DNA of 64,000 nt from an uncultured Sandaracinus sp. (GCA_903828805.1 CAIKNO010000330.1:1096-65095); one strand, 5' to 3'; counted from the stretch's first letter, positions 50,988 through 62,600 are shown. Notes: generated by a model not told the origin, from the letters alone. Numbers and translations are program-made.

Positions 50988-52547
50988 TCACCAGGGGATC
51001 GGTCGGTAGTCCTTCAGGAAGAGGCCGTGGCGGTGCTCGCCGGTCCGGAGCCCGTCGAAGATCGGGTCGACGATGCGGGCCGCACCGTCGACGGCGTCGA
51101 GCGGCGGGTGGAAGCCATGCTCCTCGACCTTGCGCGCCGCGATCTCGGCCGGATCCTCGTCGGTGATCCAGCCGGTGTCCACGCTGTTCATGTGGATGCC
51201 GTCCTTCACGTAGTCCGCCGCGGAGGTGCGCGTCATCATGTTGAGCGCGGCCTTGGCCATGTTCGTGTGGGGGTGGCGGTCGGTCTTGAACGCCCGGTAG
51301 AACTGGCCCTCCATCGCGCTGACGTTGACGATGTGCTTGTCGCGCGAGGGCACGCGGAGCATCAGCGGCTTGAGGCGCGCGTTGAGCACGAAGGGCGCGA
51401 CCGCGTTCACGAGCTGCACCTCGAGGAGCTCGACGCTCGGCACCTCGTCGAGGGCGAGGCGCCAGCTGTTGCGGCCCCGCAGGTCGACCTGCTGCAGGTC
51501 GGCGTCGAGCGCGCCCTCGGGGAAGAGCTGCAGATCCCGGCCCTGATCCTCGGGCAGCAGCGCGAGCTGGGAGAGCGCCGCGGGATCGGTGAGGCCGGCC
51601 TCGCGGGCCTGCTGCATCCGCGCCTCGAGCGACGACGACGACGACGACGACCCCTTCCCCGACGCCAGCTGCGGCGCGCTCCGCCGGCGCGCCTCCCAGT
51701 GGGCGAGCAAGGGGCGGGCACGCTCGGGCACGTGCTCGCCGGCCTCGGCGGCCATCAGGTGCGCGTAGAACCCCGAGGGGCGCCGCACGGTCTGGCACGC
51801 GTTGTTGAGGATGAAGTCGAGCCGCGGCAGCGTGGTCAGCATCTGCTGGCAGAACGCCTCGACGCTCGGGGTGTGGCGCAGGTCGAGGCCGTGCACCTCG
51901 AGCCGGCCGCCCCACGCGTCGAAGTCGTCCTCGCGGGCGAAGCGGGCCGCCGCGTCCCGCGGGAAACGCGTGGTGACCACCACGTGCGCGCCCGCGCGCA
52001 GCAGCTTGATCGCGGCGTGGTAACCGATCTTCACCCGCGCGCCGGTGATGACCGCGACGCGCCCGCGCAGGTCGGCGGTCTGGTTGCGCCGGGTCCAGTT
52101 GAACTCCGCGCAGGGACCGCACATCTGGTCGTAGAACGGGTGGACCGTGCGGAATTCCGCCTTGCAGATGTAGCACTTGCGCGCGTCGAGGAGCTCCGGG
52201 GGCGGCCCCTCGGGGGCCTCCGGCGTGTGACCCGGCAGCAGCTGGGGCGGCGTCACGAAGATGGTCGCCCGGCGCAGCGTGCGGATCCCGGTGGTCTCGA
52301 GCACCTGGTCGTCGGCCTTGCGGCGGTCGGTCTTCTCCTTGCGGCGGAACTCCTTGGCGAGCTTCCGCATCGACGCGCGGTCGGGCCGCGACACGAGGCC
52401 GGCGGCGCGCAGGACGCGCATCCGCGTCTCCTCGTCGAGCTCTGCGAGCAGCCCGCGGTCCGCGACGAGGGCCTCGAGGCCCTCGATCACCGCGGGGATG
52501 CGGTCCAGGAACGCATCGCGCCCCAACCCTTCGGTCTTCGTGTCCAT
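50988..52547 (-). CDS. SDR-family oxidoreductase with N-terminal CxxC-x15-CxxC extension and Ser7 insert
   Basis: Last 519 aa of track ORF 50988..53081, from ATG 52545-52547. The zinc-ribbon-like segment is KCYICKAEF...MCGPCAEF. The Rossmann motif is AVITGARVKIGYH, followed by NNA, then the block YRAFKTDRHPHTNMAKAAL that may hold the SDR catalytic Tyr/Lys (spacing not canonical). Confidence 0.8.
   Translation of the reverse strand: MDTKTEGLGRDAFLDRIPAVIEGLEALVADRGLLAELDEETRMRVLRAAGLVSRPDRASMRKLAKEFRRKEKTDRRKADDQVLETTGIRTLRRATIFVTPPQLLPGHTPEAPEGPPPELLDARKCYICKAEFRTVHPFYDQMCGPCAEFNWTRRNQTADLRGRVAVITGARVKIGYHAAIKLLRAGAHVVVTTRFPRDAAARFAREDDFDAWGGRLEVHGLDLRHTPSVEAFCQQMLTTLPRLDFILNNACQTVRRPSGFYAHLMAAEAGEHVPERARPLLAHWEARRRSAPQLASGKGSSSSSSSLEARMQQAREAGLTDPAALSQLALLPEDQGRDLQLFPEGALDADLQQVDLRGRNSWRLALDEVPSVELLEVQLVNAVAPFVLNARLKPLMLRVPSRDKHIVNVSAMEGQFYRAFKTDRHPHTNMAKAALNMMTRTSAADYVKDGIHMNSVDTGWITDEDPAEIAARKVEEHGFHPPLDAVDGAARIVDPIFDGLRTGEHRHGLFLKDYRPIPW
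51631..51651. repeat. (GAC)7 trinucleotide microsatellite inside the SDR gene, encoding Ser7
   Basis: gacgacgacgacgacgacgac on the plus strand is read as TCG x7 on the coding (minus) strand. Confidence 0.9.
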
Positions 52548-52643
52548 CGGGGGGGCGCTGTAGCACGGGCACTCCGCAGCGACAGGACGCCGGAGGCCGC
52601 GCGAGGCTTGCACGCCCCCGCGGGCCACCGGATGCTCCCGCGC

Positions 52644-53180
52644 ATGGGCCTCATGACGCAGCTTCAATCCGTCCTCCGCTTCGACGCGGAGCAGCGCGGC
52701 AACCCGATCCGACGCGCGTGGGACCGCCTGTCGGAGCAGCCGTTCGGAACCCGGCTCTTCAGCCTCTTCGTGGGCCGCGCGGCCCCCTACACCGGCTCGA
52801 TCGACGCGCACGTCGTCGAGCTCCGCGAGGGCTACGCGAAGGTGCTGCTCGCCGACAAGCCGAGCGTGCGCAACCACCTCCGCTGCGTGCACGCCATCGC
52901 CCTGGCGAACCTCGCCGAGCTCTGCGGCAACGTCGCGGTCGCGTACGCCCTCCCCGACGACGCGCGCTTCATCGTCGCGGGCATGTCGATCGAGTACCTC
53001 AAGAAGGCCCGGGGAACGATCACGGCCGAGAGCCGTCCGCCCGTCCTGTCGTCGAGCGCCCGGGCGGAGCACGCGGTGCACGTGGAAATGACCAACGCCG
53101 AGGGCGAGGTCGTGGCCCGCGCGACGCTGCGCACGCTGATCGGACCCAAGCGCGAGGCGAAGGGCGAGCGACCCTCGTGA
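52644..53180 (+). CDS. Hotdog-fold protein, DUF4442 / PaaI-like thioesterase family
   Basis: Only the last ~178 aa of track ORF 50919..53180 are protein-like. Blocks are AAPYTGSIDAHVVELREGYA, NHLRCVHAIALANLAEL and SIEYLKKARGTITA. The start could be ATG 52632, 52644 or 52653. Confidence 0.75.
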   Translation: MGLMTQLQSVLRFDAEQRGNPIRRAWDRLSEQPFGTRLFSLFVGRAAPYTGSIDAHVVELREGYAKVLLADKPSVRNHLRCVHAIALANLAELCGNVAVAYALPDDARFIVAGMSIEYLKKARGTITAESRPPVLSSSARAEHAVHVEMTNAEGEVVARATLRTLIGPKREAKGERPS

Positions 53181-54832
53181 AGATCGCGCTGGTCCAGCTC
53201 AACCCCACCGTCGGCGACCTGGCCGGCAACGCCGCGGCGATCGTCGCGCACGCCCGCAGGGCCCATGACGAGGGCGCACGCGTCGCGTTCTTCGCCGAGC
53301 TCGCCGTGACCGGGTACGGCCCGCGGGATCTGCTCGAGCGGCCCGCGTTCCTCGACGCCGTCGAGGCGACGTGCGCGGAGCTCGCGCGCGCCCTGCCGCC
53401 CGCGCTCGTGTGCCTGGTCGGCGCACCGACGCGCACGCACGATCCCATCGGACGGCCGCTGCACAACTCGGTGCTCGTCCTGCGCGACGGCCGGATCGCG
53501 CAGACGATCCACAAGCGCCTGCTGCCGACCTACGACGTGTTCGACGAGGACCGATGGTTCGAGCCCGGCGCAGGCCCCGCGCTCGTCGAGGTCGACGGCA
53601 CCCGGTTCGGGATCACGATCTGCGAGGACGCCTGGAACGACGTCGAGGTCATGCGGGGCAGACGCTACCGCCGCGACCCGGTGGCCGAGGTCGTCGCCGA
53701 GGGCGCCGACGTGATCGTGAACCTCGCGGGCTCGCCCTTCACCCGCGCGAAGCGGGAAGGACGCCCGGCCCTGATGTCCGCCCTCGCCCGCGCGCACGGG
53801 CGCCCCGTCGTGCTCGTCAATCAGGTGGGCGCGCACGACGACCTGATCTTCGACGGCGCCTCGCTCGTGGTCGGGCCGGACGGCGCGGCCTGGGCACGCG
53901 CCGCGGCGTTCGAGGAGGACCTGCTCGTGACCGAGCTCGCCCCCGGCGGCCCCGCGCGGGTGTGGCCCGAGAGCGACGAGGCCGCGGTCCTCGACGCGCT
54001 CGCCCTCGGGGTTCGGGACTACGCCCGCCGATGCGGGCTGAAGAAGGCCATCCTCGGCCTCTCGGGCGGCATCGACAGCGCGCTGGTCGCGTGCATCGCG
54101 GTGCGCGCGCTCGGCCCCGAGAACGTGCTCGGCGTCGGGATGCCGAGCCGCTACTCGTCCGAAGGCTCGGTGCTCGACGCCCGCGCGCTCGCGGAGGCGC
54201 TCGGGATCGCGTTCCAGCTGGTGCCCATCGAGCCCCTCTTCGCCCCCTACGCCGGGGTGCTCGAAGGGCCGCTCGCGGCCCTCGGGCCGACGCCGGCCGA
54301 GGACGTGACGTTCGAGAATCTGCAGGCGCGGCTGCGCATGACGGTGCTGATGGCGCTCGCGAACCGGGCCTCGGCGCTGCTGCTGAACACCGGCAACAAG
54401 AGCGAGATCGCGTGCGGCTACTGCACGCTCTACGGCGACATGGCGGGCGGCCTCTCGGTGCTCGCGGATCTGTTCAAGACCTTCGTCTACCGCGTCTCGC
54501 GCGAGGTCAACCGGCAGGCCGGCCGCGCGGTCATCCCCGAGAGCACGCTGACCAAGCCCCCGAGCGCGGAGCTCCGGCCCGACCAGACCGACCAGGACTC
54601 GTTGCCGCCGTACGACGTGCTCGACGCCATCCTCGAACGGCTCGTCGAAGGGCAGCAGGGGAGCGCCGAGATCGTCGGGCTCGGCTTCGACCCCGCGACC
54701 GTCGCGCACGTCGCGCGGCTCGTGCGGACCATGGAATTCAAGCGACGACAGCTCCCGCCGGGGCTCATCGTGACCGGCAAGGCGTTCGGGCCGGGTCGAC
54801 GCATCCCGGTCGCCCAGCGCTGGGGGTACTGA
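53177..54832 (+). CDS. nadE: Glutamine-dependent NAD+ synthetase
   Basis: GTG 53177 overlaps the upstream TGA as GTGA. The N-terminal nitrilase-type domain has FAELAVTGY and ITICEDAW. The synthetase domain has the SGGIDS P-loop and NKSEIACGYCTLYGDMAGG. Confidence 0.9.
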   Translation: MKIALVQLNPTVGDLAGNAAAIVAHARRAHDEGARVAFFAELAVTGYGPRDLLERPAFLDAVEATCAELARALPPALVCLVGAPTRTHDPIGRPLHNSVLVLRDGRIAQTIHKRLLPTYDVFDEDRWFEPGAGPALVEVDGTRFGITICEDAWNDVEVMRGRRYRRDPVAEVVAEGADVIVNLAGSPFTRAKREGRPALMSALARAHGRPVVLVNQVGAHDDLIFDGASLVVGPDGAAWARAAAFEEDLLVTELAPGGPARVWPESDEAAVLDALALGVRDYARRCGLKKAILGLSGGIDSALVACIAVRALGPENVLGVGMPSRYSSEGSVLDARALAEALGIAFQLVPIEPLFAPYAGVLEGPLAALGPTPAEDVTFENLQARLRMTVLMALANRASALLLNTGNKSEIACGYCTLYGDMAGGLSVLADLFKTFVYRVSREVNRQAGRAVIPESTLTKPPSAELRPDQTDQDSLPPYDVLDAILERLVEGQQGSAEIVGLGFDPATVAHVARLVRTMEFKRRQLPPGLIVTGKAFGPGRRIPVAQRWGY

Positions 54833-54836
54833 GCCG

Positions 54837-56090
54837 ATGTCCGACGAGCTCGTCCGGCCCGGCCGCGCGTGGGCGGTCACCGCGGTCGCGACCGCCGCGA
54901 TGACGGTCAGCTACCTCGATCGTCAGGTGCTCGCCGTGCTCGCTCCGACGATCACCGCCGCGCTCTCGATCTCGGACGAGACCTACGGGTGGCTCGCCTC
55001 GGCGTTCTCGCTCGCCTATCTCTTCAGCGCGCCGTGGGCCGGACGCTGGCTGGAGGCCGTCGGGGTCCGGCGGGGGATGGTGATGGCGGTGGCGCTGTGG
55101 ACGCTCGTGTCCGCGGGCCACGCGCTCGTCCCGGGTGTGGGCGCGCTCTTCGCGTTGCGGCTGGCGCTGGGGTTCGCCGAGGCGCCGTCGTTCCCGGGCG
55201 CGTCGGCGGCCATCGCGCGCACCCAACCCCCCGCGACGCGGGCGCGGGCGCTCGGCATCCTCTTCACCGGCAGCTCGCTCGGCGCGATGGTGGCCCCTCC
55301 GCTCGCGACGGCGCTCGCCGGCACCGCGCTCGGTTGGAGGGGCACCTTCGCCGCGGTGGCCCTCGTCGGACTCGCGTGGGTGCCGGCGTGGCTCTGGATC
55401 ACCTCCGGGATCGAGGTGCGCCGACGGCTCGACGGCGACGCCAGCGCGACGCCCGCGAAGGCCGCATCGCTCCGCGACATGCTCGTGCATCCCGCCGTTC
55501 GCCGCGCGTGCGTGCTGGTGCTCGCGAGCGCGCCTGTCTTCGCGTACGGGCTCCTCTGGGGGAGCAAGCTGTTGACCGACGGGTTCGGCGTGGCCCCCAC
55601 CGACGTCGGCCGCTACCTGTGGGTGCCGCCGCTCGGCTTCGATGTGGGCGCCGTGGCCTTCGGCGCGCTCGCAGGGCGGCACACCGCCCGCACGGGGAAC
55701 GATCGTTCACCGCTCGGGCCGGTCCTCGTCGCGCTCGGCATGGGGCTCGGGCTCGGGCTGCTGCCGCTCTGCCGGACCCCCGACGCGGCGATGGCCGTCT
55801 GCGGCCTGGCGATGGCCGGGGCCGGCGGGCTCTTCGCGATGCTCACCGCCGAGATGATCGCCGGGGTCGGCCCCGCCCTGGCGGCCTCGGCCGGGGGATT
55901 CACCGCGGCCGCGCAGTCCCTGGCGTACATCGTCGCCAACCCGCTGATCGGGCGCAGCCTCGATCGGTTCCACGACCATGGCACGGTCGCGCTCGCGATC
56001 GCCGCGTGGCTCGTGCCCGGCGCCCTCGTCTGGCTCGGGACCCGACCCGACGCGACGCCGACCGATCGAGGGTCGACGAAGATCGGATAG
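54837..56090 (+). CDS. MFS transporter
   Basis: ATG start, 417 aa and about 12 TM helices. The N-terminal block YLDRQVLAVLAPTI and the loop GRWLEAVGVRRG are typical of MFS. Confidence 0.8.
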   Translation: MSDELVRPGRAWAVTAVATAAMTVSYLDRQVLAVLAPTITAALSISDETYGWLASAFSLAYLFSAPWAGRWLEAVGVRRGMVMAVALWTLVSAGHALVPGVGALFALRLALGFAEAPSFPGASAAIARTQPPATRARALGILFTGSSLGAMVAPPLATALAGTALGWRGTFAAVALVGLAWVPAWLWITSGIEVRRRLDGDASATPAKAASLRDMLVHPAVRRACVLVLASAPVFAYGLLWGSKLLTDGFGVAPTDVGRYLWVPPLGFDVGAVAFGALAGRHTARTGNDRSPLGPVLVALGMGLGLGLLPLCRTPDAAMAVCGLAMAGAGGLFAMLTAEMIAGVGPALAASAGGFTAAAQSLAYIVANPLIGRSLDRFHDHGTVALAIAAWLVPGALVWLGTRPDATPTDRGSTKIG

Positions 56091-57056
<966 letters not shown>

Positions 57057-57090
57057 CCGCGGCGGAGGGCGTTCCGGCACGAACGAGGAG

Positions 57091-57122
57091 GCCCTGCCCT
57101 CGGACTCCGAGGCGCAGGGCCG
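57091..57122. terminator. Strong GC-rich hairpin between convergent pip and desaturase genes
   Basis: GGCCCTGC-CCTCGG-act-CCGAGG-c-GCAGGGCC forms 8+6 bp with one bulge and a 3-nt loop. No T-run, which is common in high-GC genomes. Confidence 0.5.
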
Positions 57123-57181
57123 TGTGCGTCAGGTGCCGCGTGGAGCGGCCGCGGAGCGATGGGAGATCCGTTCGCAGACGC

Positions 57182-58252
57182 TCAGGCGGGGACCGCGGCG
57201 AGCATCTCGGGCCGCGTCACGTCGAGGCGCTGCACCCGGGACTGCAGCAGCGCGATGATCTGCTGCTCGCTCCGCGGCGTCTCTCCGAGGTCGACGAAGT
57301 GCGATGCGAGCGACTTCCAGTTCTTGGTCATCAGGAGGAACCAGACCTGGAAGAAGTCGATGCCCTCGAAGACGATCGCCTCGGCCGCGACGTACTTCGC
57401 GCGGTTCTGCAGCAGCTCGGCGGGGTGCTCGGTCCAGTGCCGGTTCGCCTGAAGGTGATGCGAGATGTGGTAGCCGTCGTTGAAGGCGCGGCGGTTGTAC
57501 CGGACGTTGATGCAGGTGATCGACGACTTGAGGCTGTTGCCCGGATCCGAACCGTCGATGAACGCGTGCTGGCCCCAGTTGCCGGCCATCATCAGGAAGC
57601 GGCACAGCAAGAACGGCACGATGAACACCGTCAGGGTCGGGGCCGGCGCGAACGCGAACCCCACCGCCACGAGCGCGTAGAACGAGAGCTCGCCCACCAG
57701 CAACCACAGCACGAGGCGCGCGCGCTTCTTGCCGAGCTGGTAGCCGCCGAGGCGGAACATCGCGAGGAAGAAGAAGTCCGACCAGTAGCGGAAGAAGTCG
57801 AGCGCCGAGTCGCGCTGGTACTTCATCGTCGAGCTCAGGTCGCGCGGCAGGTTGCCCTCCGCGTGGTGCATCGTGATGTGGTGGATGTAGTAGGTCTCCG
57901 GCGTCTCGCCGCAGAGCGGGCCGAGCACCCACGGAATGTAGAACTTCAGACCGTTGTACTGACGCTTGAACAGCGGCCGATGGCTCGTGTTGTGAAGCAT
58001 CAGGATGTAGCGATCGAAGAACACGCCGAAGAGGAGCGCCCAGTAGAGGGGCGCCATCCACCACCGAAAGTTGCCCGGCCAGAAGAGGAACGCGGCGGTC
58101 GGCAGCAGGACGAACGTCATCTGCAGCGTCAGCCACACGAAGGGCAGGTCGCGCGGATCCCGGATCAACGCGAGCGCGGCACGCTCGAGCGCGTTGTAGC
58201 TCGTCGGGGGGACGAAGACCGGGTCGGTGAGGTGCAGTTCGCGGGCTGTCAT
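57182..58252 (-). CDS. Fatty acid desaturase family membrane protein
   Basis: Last 356 aa of track ORF 57182..58666, from ATG 58250-58252. Histidine boxes are HNTSHRP, HHITMHH and HISHH, and there are TM helices. Confidence 0.85.
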   Translation of the reverse strand: MTARELHLTDPVFVPPTSYNALERAALALIRDPRDLPFVWLTLQMTFVLLPTAAFLFWPGNFRWWMAPLYWALLFGVFFDRYILMLHNTSHRPLFKRQYNGLKFYIPWVLGPLCGETPETYYIHHITMHHAEGNLPRDLSSTMKYQRDSALDFFRYWSDFFFLAMFRLGGYQLGKKRARLVLWLLVGELSFYALVAVGFAFAPAPTLTVFIVPFLLCRFLMMAGNWGQHAFIDGSDPGNSLKSSITCINVRYNRRAFNDGYHISHHLQANRHWTEHPAELLQNRAKYVAAEAIVFEGIDFFQVWFLLMTKNWKSLASHFVDLGETPRSEQQIIALLQSRVQRLDVTRPEMLAAVPA

Positions 58253-58483
58253 GGGGGTGTCCGGGGGCCACCATGCGGCGCGGGGACGCGCTCCGCAAAC
58301 CAGCCCCCGATGCCGTGCGAGAAAACTCAAGCTCCAAGGACGCGGGGCCGACGAGGGGCGGGGCCCGCGGGCCGGGCGGCGGCTCCCGAACGGGCCACCG
58401 GCGGCGGGCTCGCGGGGCGGGCGCAGCCACGGTCGTGCGGCCAGAACTTCGCGCGGAGGGGACCCGTCTGGTAGGACCCTCCC

Positions 58484-58714
58484 ATGCGCAGCTTGCTCCG
58501 CGCCGCGCTCTCGCTCGTCGGGCTCGCGGTCGTCCTCTACGTCTGGTTCTTCGTGCCGCTCGGCGCGCGCACGCTGCACGAGCACTCCTTGCGGATCGCG
58601 GCCACGGAGCCCGCGCGCGAGCTGGGTGACGAAGTGCACGAGGCGACCGAGCGGGCCGCCGAGCACGTGCAGGAGCAGTGGCAGGCCCGCTACGGCGACG
58701 CCGGGGTGCGCTGA
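58484..58714 (+). CDS. Small single-pass membrane protein, hypothetical
   Basis: 76 aa with ATG start and high GC3. It has an N-terminal TM helix LSLVGLAVVLYVWFFVPL and a His/Glu/Gln-rich tail with real-protein composition. Confidence 0.55.
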   Translation: MRSLLRAALSLVGLAVVLYVWFFVPLGARTLHEHSLRIAATEPARELGDEVHEATERAAEHVQEQWQARYGDAGVR

Positions 58715-58778
58715 GACCGGGCGGGGCGGCCCGACGTGCCACGGGCCGGCGCGGAACCCGAGCGCCCGTCGACGCCGC

Positions 58779-59594
58779 TCACCCGGCGGCGGGCGGCAGT
58801 CCGAAGAAGTCCGCGATCCGGCGCGAGACCTCGTCCGGACGCTCGGTCGGGAAGTCGTGCCCCGCGCCGGGGAGGACCTCGAGCCGCGCCCCGGGGATGC
58901 GCTCGGCCAGCAGCACGCTGTTGCCCATCGGGAGCAGCCGATCGGCGTCGCCCGTCAGCACCAGCGTCGGGGACGCGATGCGGTGCACGTCTCGGCTCAC
59001 GTCGTGCAGCCCGCCCGCGAGCATCTGACCGAGCAGCGCGAGGCGGTTTCGCGGCTCGGACGCGGCCAGCGCCACCCACTCGTCGACGATCGAGGGACGA
59101 GACGCCAGGACGTCGGGCGCGAGGACCCACGGGGCCGTGTGCCGCATCTGATCTTCGACCGACATGCGCGCCGTCCGGAGCATCGCGAGCACCGCCGGGA
59201 TCGAGGCCCGCTGGGCGTGACGGCCCCCCATCGTCGTCGCCGCGAGCACGAGCCGGTCGACCCGCGAAGGGTGCCTCAGCGCCAGCTGCTGCGCGACCAT
59301 CCCCCCGAGCGAGATGCCGAACACGTGGGCGCGCTGCACCCCCGACGCCTCGAGCACGGCGGCCACGTCGTCGGCCATGTCCGCGGTGCCGAAGCCTGGC
59401 CCGGGGGCGTCGCTGCGACCGACGCCGCGGTTGTCCATCACGAGCACCCGCGCACGCCGCTCGAGGTGCGGCCGGAGGTCGTACCAGTATCGGCTCGAGC
59501 GCGAGAGACCGCGGATCAGCAGGACCGACGGGGCGTCCTCGCGGCCCGAGAGCTCGTAATAGAAGCGAAGCCCGCGGTGCACGGCGTGCGGCAT
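58779..59594 (-). CDS. Alpha/beta-fold hydrolase
   Basis: ATG start. Blocks present: VLLIRGLSRSS, DNRGVGRS, the nucleophile elbow GISLGG and a C-terminal GAGHDF. Confidence 0.85.
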   Translation of the reverse strand: MPHAVHRGLRFYYELSGREDAPSVLLIRGLSRSSRYWYDLRPHLERRARVLVMDNRGVGRSDAPGPGFGTADMADDVAAVLEASGVQRAHVFGISLGGMVAQQLALRHPSRVDRLVLAATTMGGRHAQRASIPAVLAMLRTARMSVEDQMRHTAPWVLAPDVLASRPSIVDEWVALAASEPRNRLALLGQMLAGGLHDVSRDVHRIASPTLVLTGDADRLLPMGNSVLLAERIPGARLEVLPGAGHDFPTERPDEVSRRIADFFGLPPAAG

Positions 59595-59677
59595 GGCGGC
59601 AACGTATCGCGAACCACCCTCCGCGACGAACCGTTTGCGCCGGCGCGCAGCGCGCGCGTGCTAGACCGGAGCCCTCC

Positions 59678-62600
59678 ATGGCGAAGCGAACCAAGGGCGC
59701 GGCGGGCGGCGCCGGGCATGTCGACGCAGAGACCACGCGGCGCGGACGCGGAGCTGCGGGCGAGGACAAGCCCGCCGCGGGCATCGCGCGCGCGCCCGAG
59801 ACCCTCGAGATCGTCGGGGCCCGCGAGCACAACCTCGACATCGAGCGCCTCTCGATCCCGAAGAACGCCCTCGTCGTGCTCACGGGGCCGAGCGGCTCGG
59901 GCAAGTCGTCGCTCGCGTTCGACACCGTCTACGCGGAGGGCCAGCGCCGGTACGTGGAGTCGCTGTCGTCGTACGCACGGCAGTTCCTCGGCCGCCTCGA
60001 GCGGCCCGCCGTCGAGCGGCTCGAGGGCCTCTCGCCGACCATCGCCATCGAACAGAAGAGCGCCACCGGCAACCCCCGCTCGACCGTCGGGACGATCACC
60101 GAGATCCACGACTACCTCCGGGTCCTCTGGGCGCGCGCCGGGACCCAGCACTGCATCGTGTGCGGCGAGGAAGTCCGCGGGCGCAGCCTCGATGAGATCG
60201 TGGCCGACGTGCTCGCCCTGCCTGCGGGCACGCGCTTTCTCGTGCTCGCACCGCTCGTGTCCCAGCGGAAGGGGGAATTCCGCGAGGTCTTCACCGAGCT
60301 CGCGGGGCGCGGCTTCGCGCGGGTCCGCCTCGACGGCGCCGTGCATCGGCTCGATGCCCTTCCGACCATCGACAAGAAGAAAAAGCACGACCTCGACCTC
60401 GTCGTCGATCGCCTGAGCTGCGCCGTGTCCGATCGCGCCCGCATCGCAGACGCCATCGAGCTCGCGCTCCGCGAGGGCCAGGGCGAGGTGAAGGTCGAGC
60501 CCGAAGGCGGCGCGCGGCCGATGCGCTTCGGCACGTCCCGCAGCTGCTGTGGCCGGGCCTACCCCGAGCTCGCACCCACCTCGTTCTCGTTCAACTCGCC
60601 GCTCGGGATGTGTCCGGATTGCAATGGCCTGGGCACATGCACCGAGATCGATCCGAGCCTCGTCGTGCCCGACCCGAGCCTCTCGATCCGACAGGGCGCC
60701 ATCGCGCCGTGGAAGACCTCGATGGAGCGCGGCGAGGGCTGGACGTTCCGGATCGTCGAGGCGATGGCCGAGGCCACCGGGGTCGACCTGGACGCCCCCT
60801 TCGAGTCGCTCTCCTCGACCCTCCAGGGCCAGGTACTGCACGGGCTCGAGGGCAAGAAGATCCGCGTGAACTGGGGCGAGGAAGGCACGGAGTCCCACGG
60901 CAGCTGGGGGGTCCGCTTCCAGGGCGTCATCCCGACCTTGATGCGCCGTTACCGGGACACGACGAGCGAGCGGATGCGCGAGCAGCACCGGCGCTACCTC
61001 CGCGAGGTCCCCTGCGAAGGCTGCGGCGGCAGTCGGCTCCGCGCCGAGTCGCGGGCGGTCCGCGTCTCGGGCCGCGGCCTCGACGCGGTCGGGCGCGCGA
61101 CGGTCCACGACACGGCGGCGTGGTTCCGCGACGGGCTCGCGCTGAGCCCGCAGGCCCGGCACATCGCCGAGGGCGTGCTCCGAGAGATCGAGAGCCGCCT
61201 CGGGTTCCTCGTCGATGTCGGGCTCGGCTACCTCACGCTCGATCGCGCAGGCCCCTCGCTCTCGGGCGGAGAGGCGCAGCGGATCCGGCTCGTGTCGCAG
61301 CTGGGCAGCGAGCTGTCGGGCGTGATCTACGTGCTCGACGAGCCGTCGATCGGCCTTCACCCGCGGGACAACGAGCGGCTCCTCGGCACGCTCCGCCACC
61401 TCCGGGACCTGGGCAATTCCGTGCTGGTGGTGGAGCACGACGCCGAGACGATCCTCGCCGCCGACCACGTGATCGACTTCGGCCCCGGGGCCGGCCGCCT
61501 CGGAGGCAAGGTCGTGTTCGAAGGCCCCCCCTCGGCCCTCGCGGGCGCGACGGGCAGCCTCACGGCCGACCACATGAGCGGGCGCCGCTCGATCGCGGTG
61601 CCGTCGAGCCGACGCACCCCCTCGGGGCACCTGACGATCCGCGGCGCCCGCGAGCACAACCTCAAGAACGTCGACGTCCGCGTGCCGCTCGGCTGCTTCG
61701 TCGCGATCACCGGACCGAGCGGCGCGGGCAAGAGTTCGCTCGTCGACGGGATCCTCCTGCCGGCGCTGGCCCGGGCCCTTCATGGCGCGAGCGAGCCCGT
61801 CGGTGCCCACCGCACGATCGAGGGCCTCGCCGGCATCGACAAGGTCATCGCGATCGATCAGCGACCGATCGGACGCACGCCACGGAGCAACGCCGGCACG
61901 TACACCAAGGCGTTCGACGAGATCCGCACGATCTTCGCGGCGCTTCCCGATGCCCGGGCCCGCGGCTGGGACGCCGCCCGCTTCTCGTTCAACGTGAAGG
62001 GCGGGCGCTGCGAGAGCTGCCAGGGGGACGGCCTGGTGAAGGTCGAGATGCACTTCCTCTCCGACGTCTACGTCACGTGCGAGGTGTGCGGGGGGCGGCG
62101 CTACGACGCCGAGACCCTGAGCATCCGCTACAAGGGCAAGAACATCGGGGACGTGCTCGAGACGAGCATCGCGGAGTGCCTGGAGCTCTTCGGAAGCCAT
62201 CCGTCCCTCGCGCGCATCCTGCGGACGCTCTGCGACGTCGGCCTCGGCTACGCGCACCTCGGTCAGCCGGCCCCGACGCTGAGTGGAGGCGAAGCGCAAC
62301 GCGTGAAGCTCGCCCGCGAGCTCGCCCGCACACAGACCGGCCGGACCCTCTACCTGCTCGACGAGCCCACGACCGGGCTGCACTTCGAGGACGTGCGACA
62401 GCTCCTCGGCGTGCTCGAGCGCCTCGTCGAGGGCGGCAACACGGTCGTCGTGGTCGAGCACCACCTCGACGTCATCAAGTGCGCCGACCACGTGATCGAC
62501 CTCGGGCCGGAGGGCGGAGACGCCGGCGGACACGTCGTGGCGACGGGGACCCCGGAGGCCCTCTGCGCCAACCCCGAGAGCATCACGGGACCGTGGCTCG

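Noticed and set aside
59595-59677. An SOS/LexA box upstream of uvrA.
   Set aside because: I looked for CTGT-N8-ACAG and GTTC/GAAC-N7 direct repeats and found only two GAAC tetramers 13 nt apart. No convincing operator was seen.
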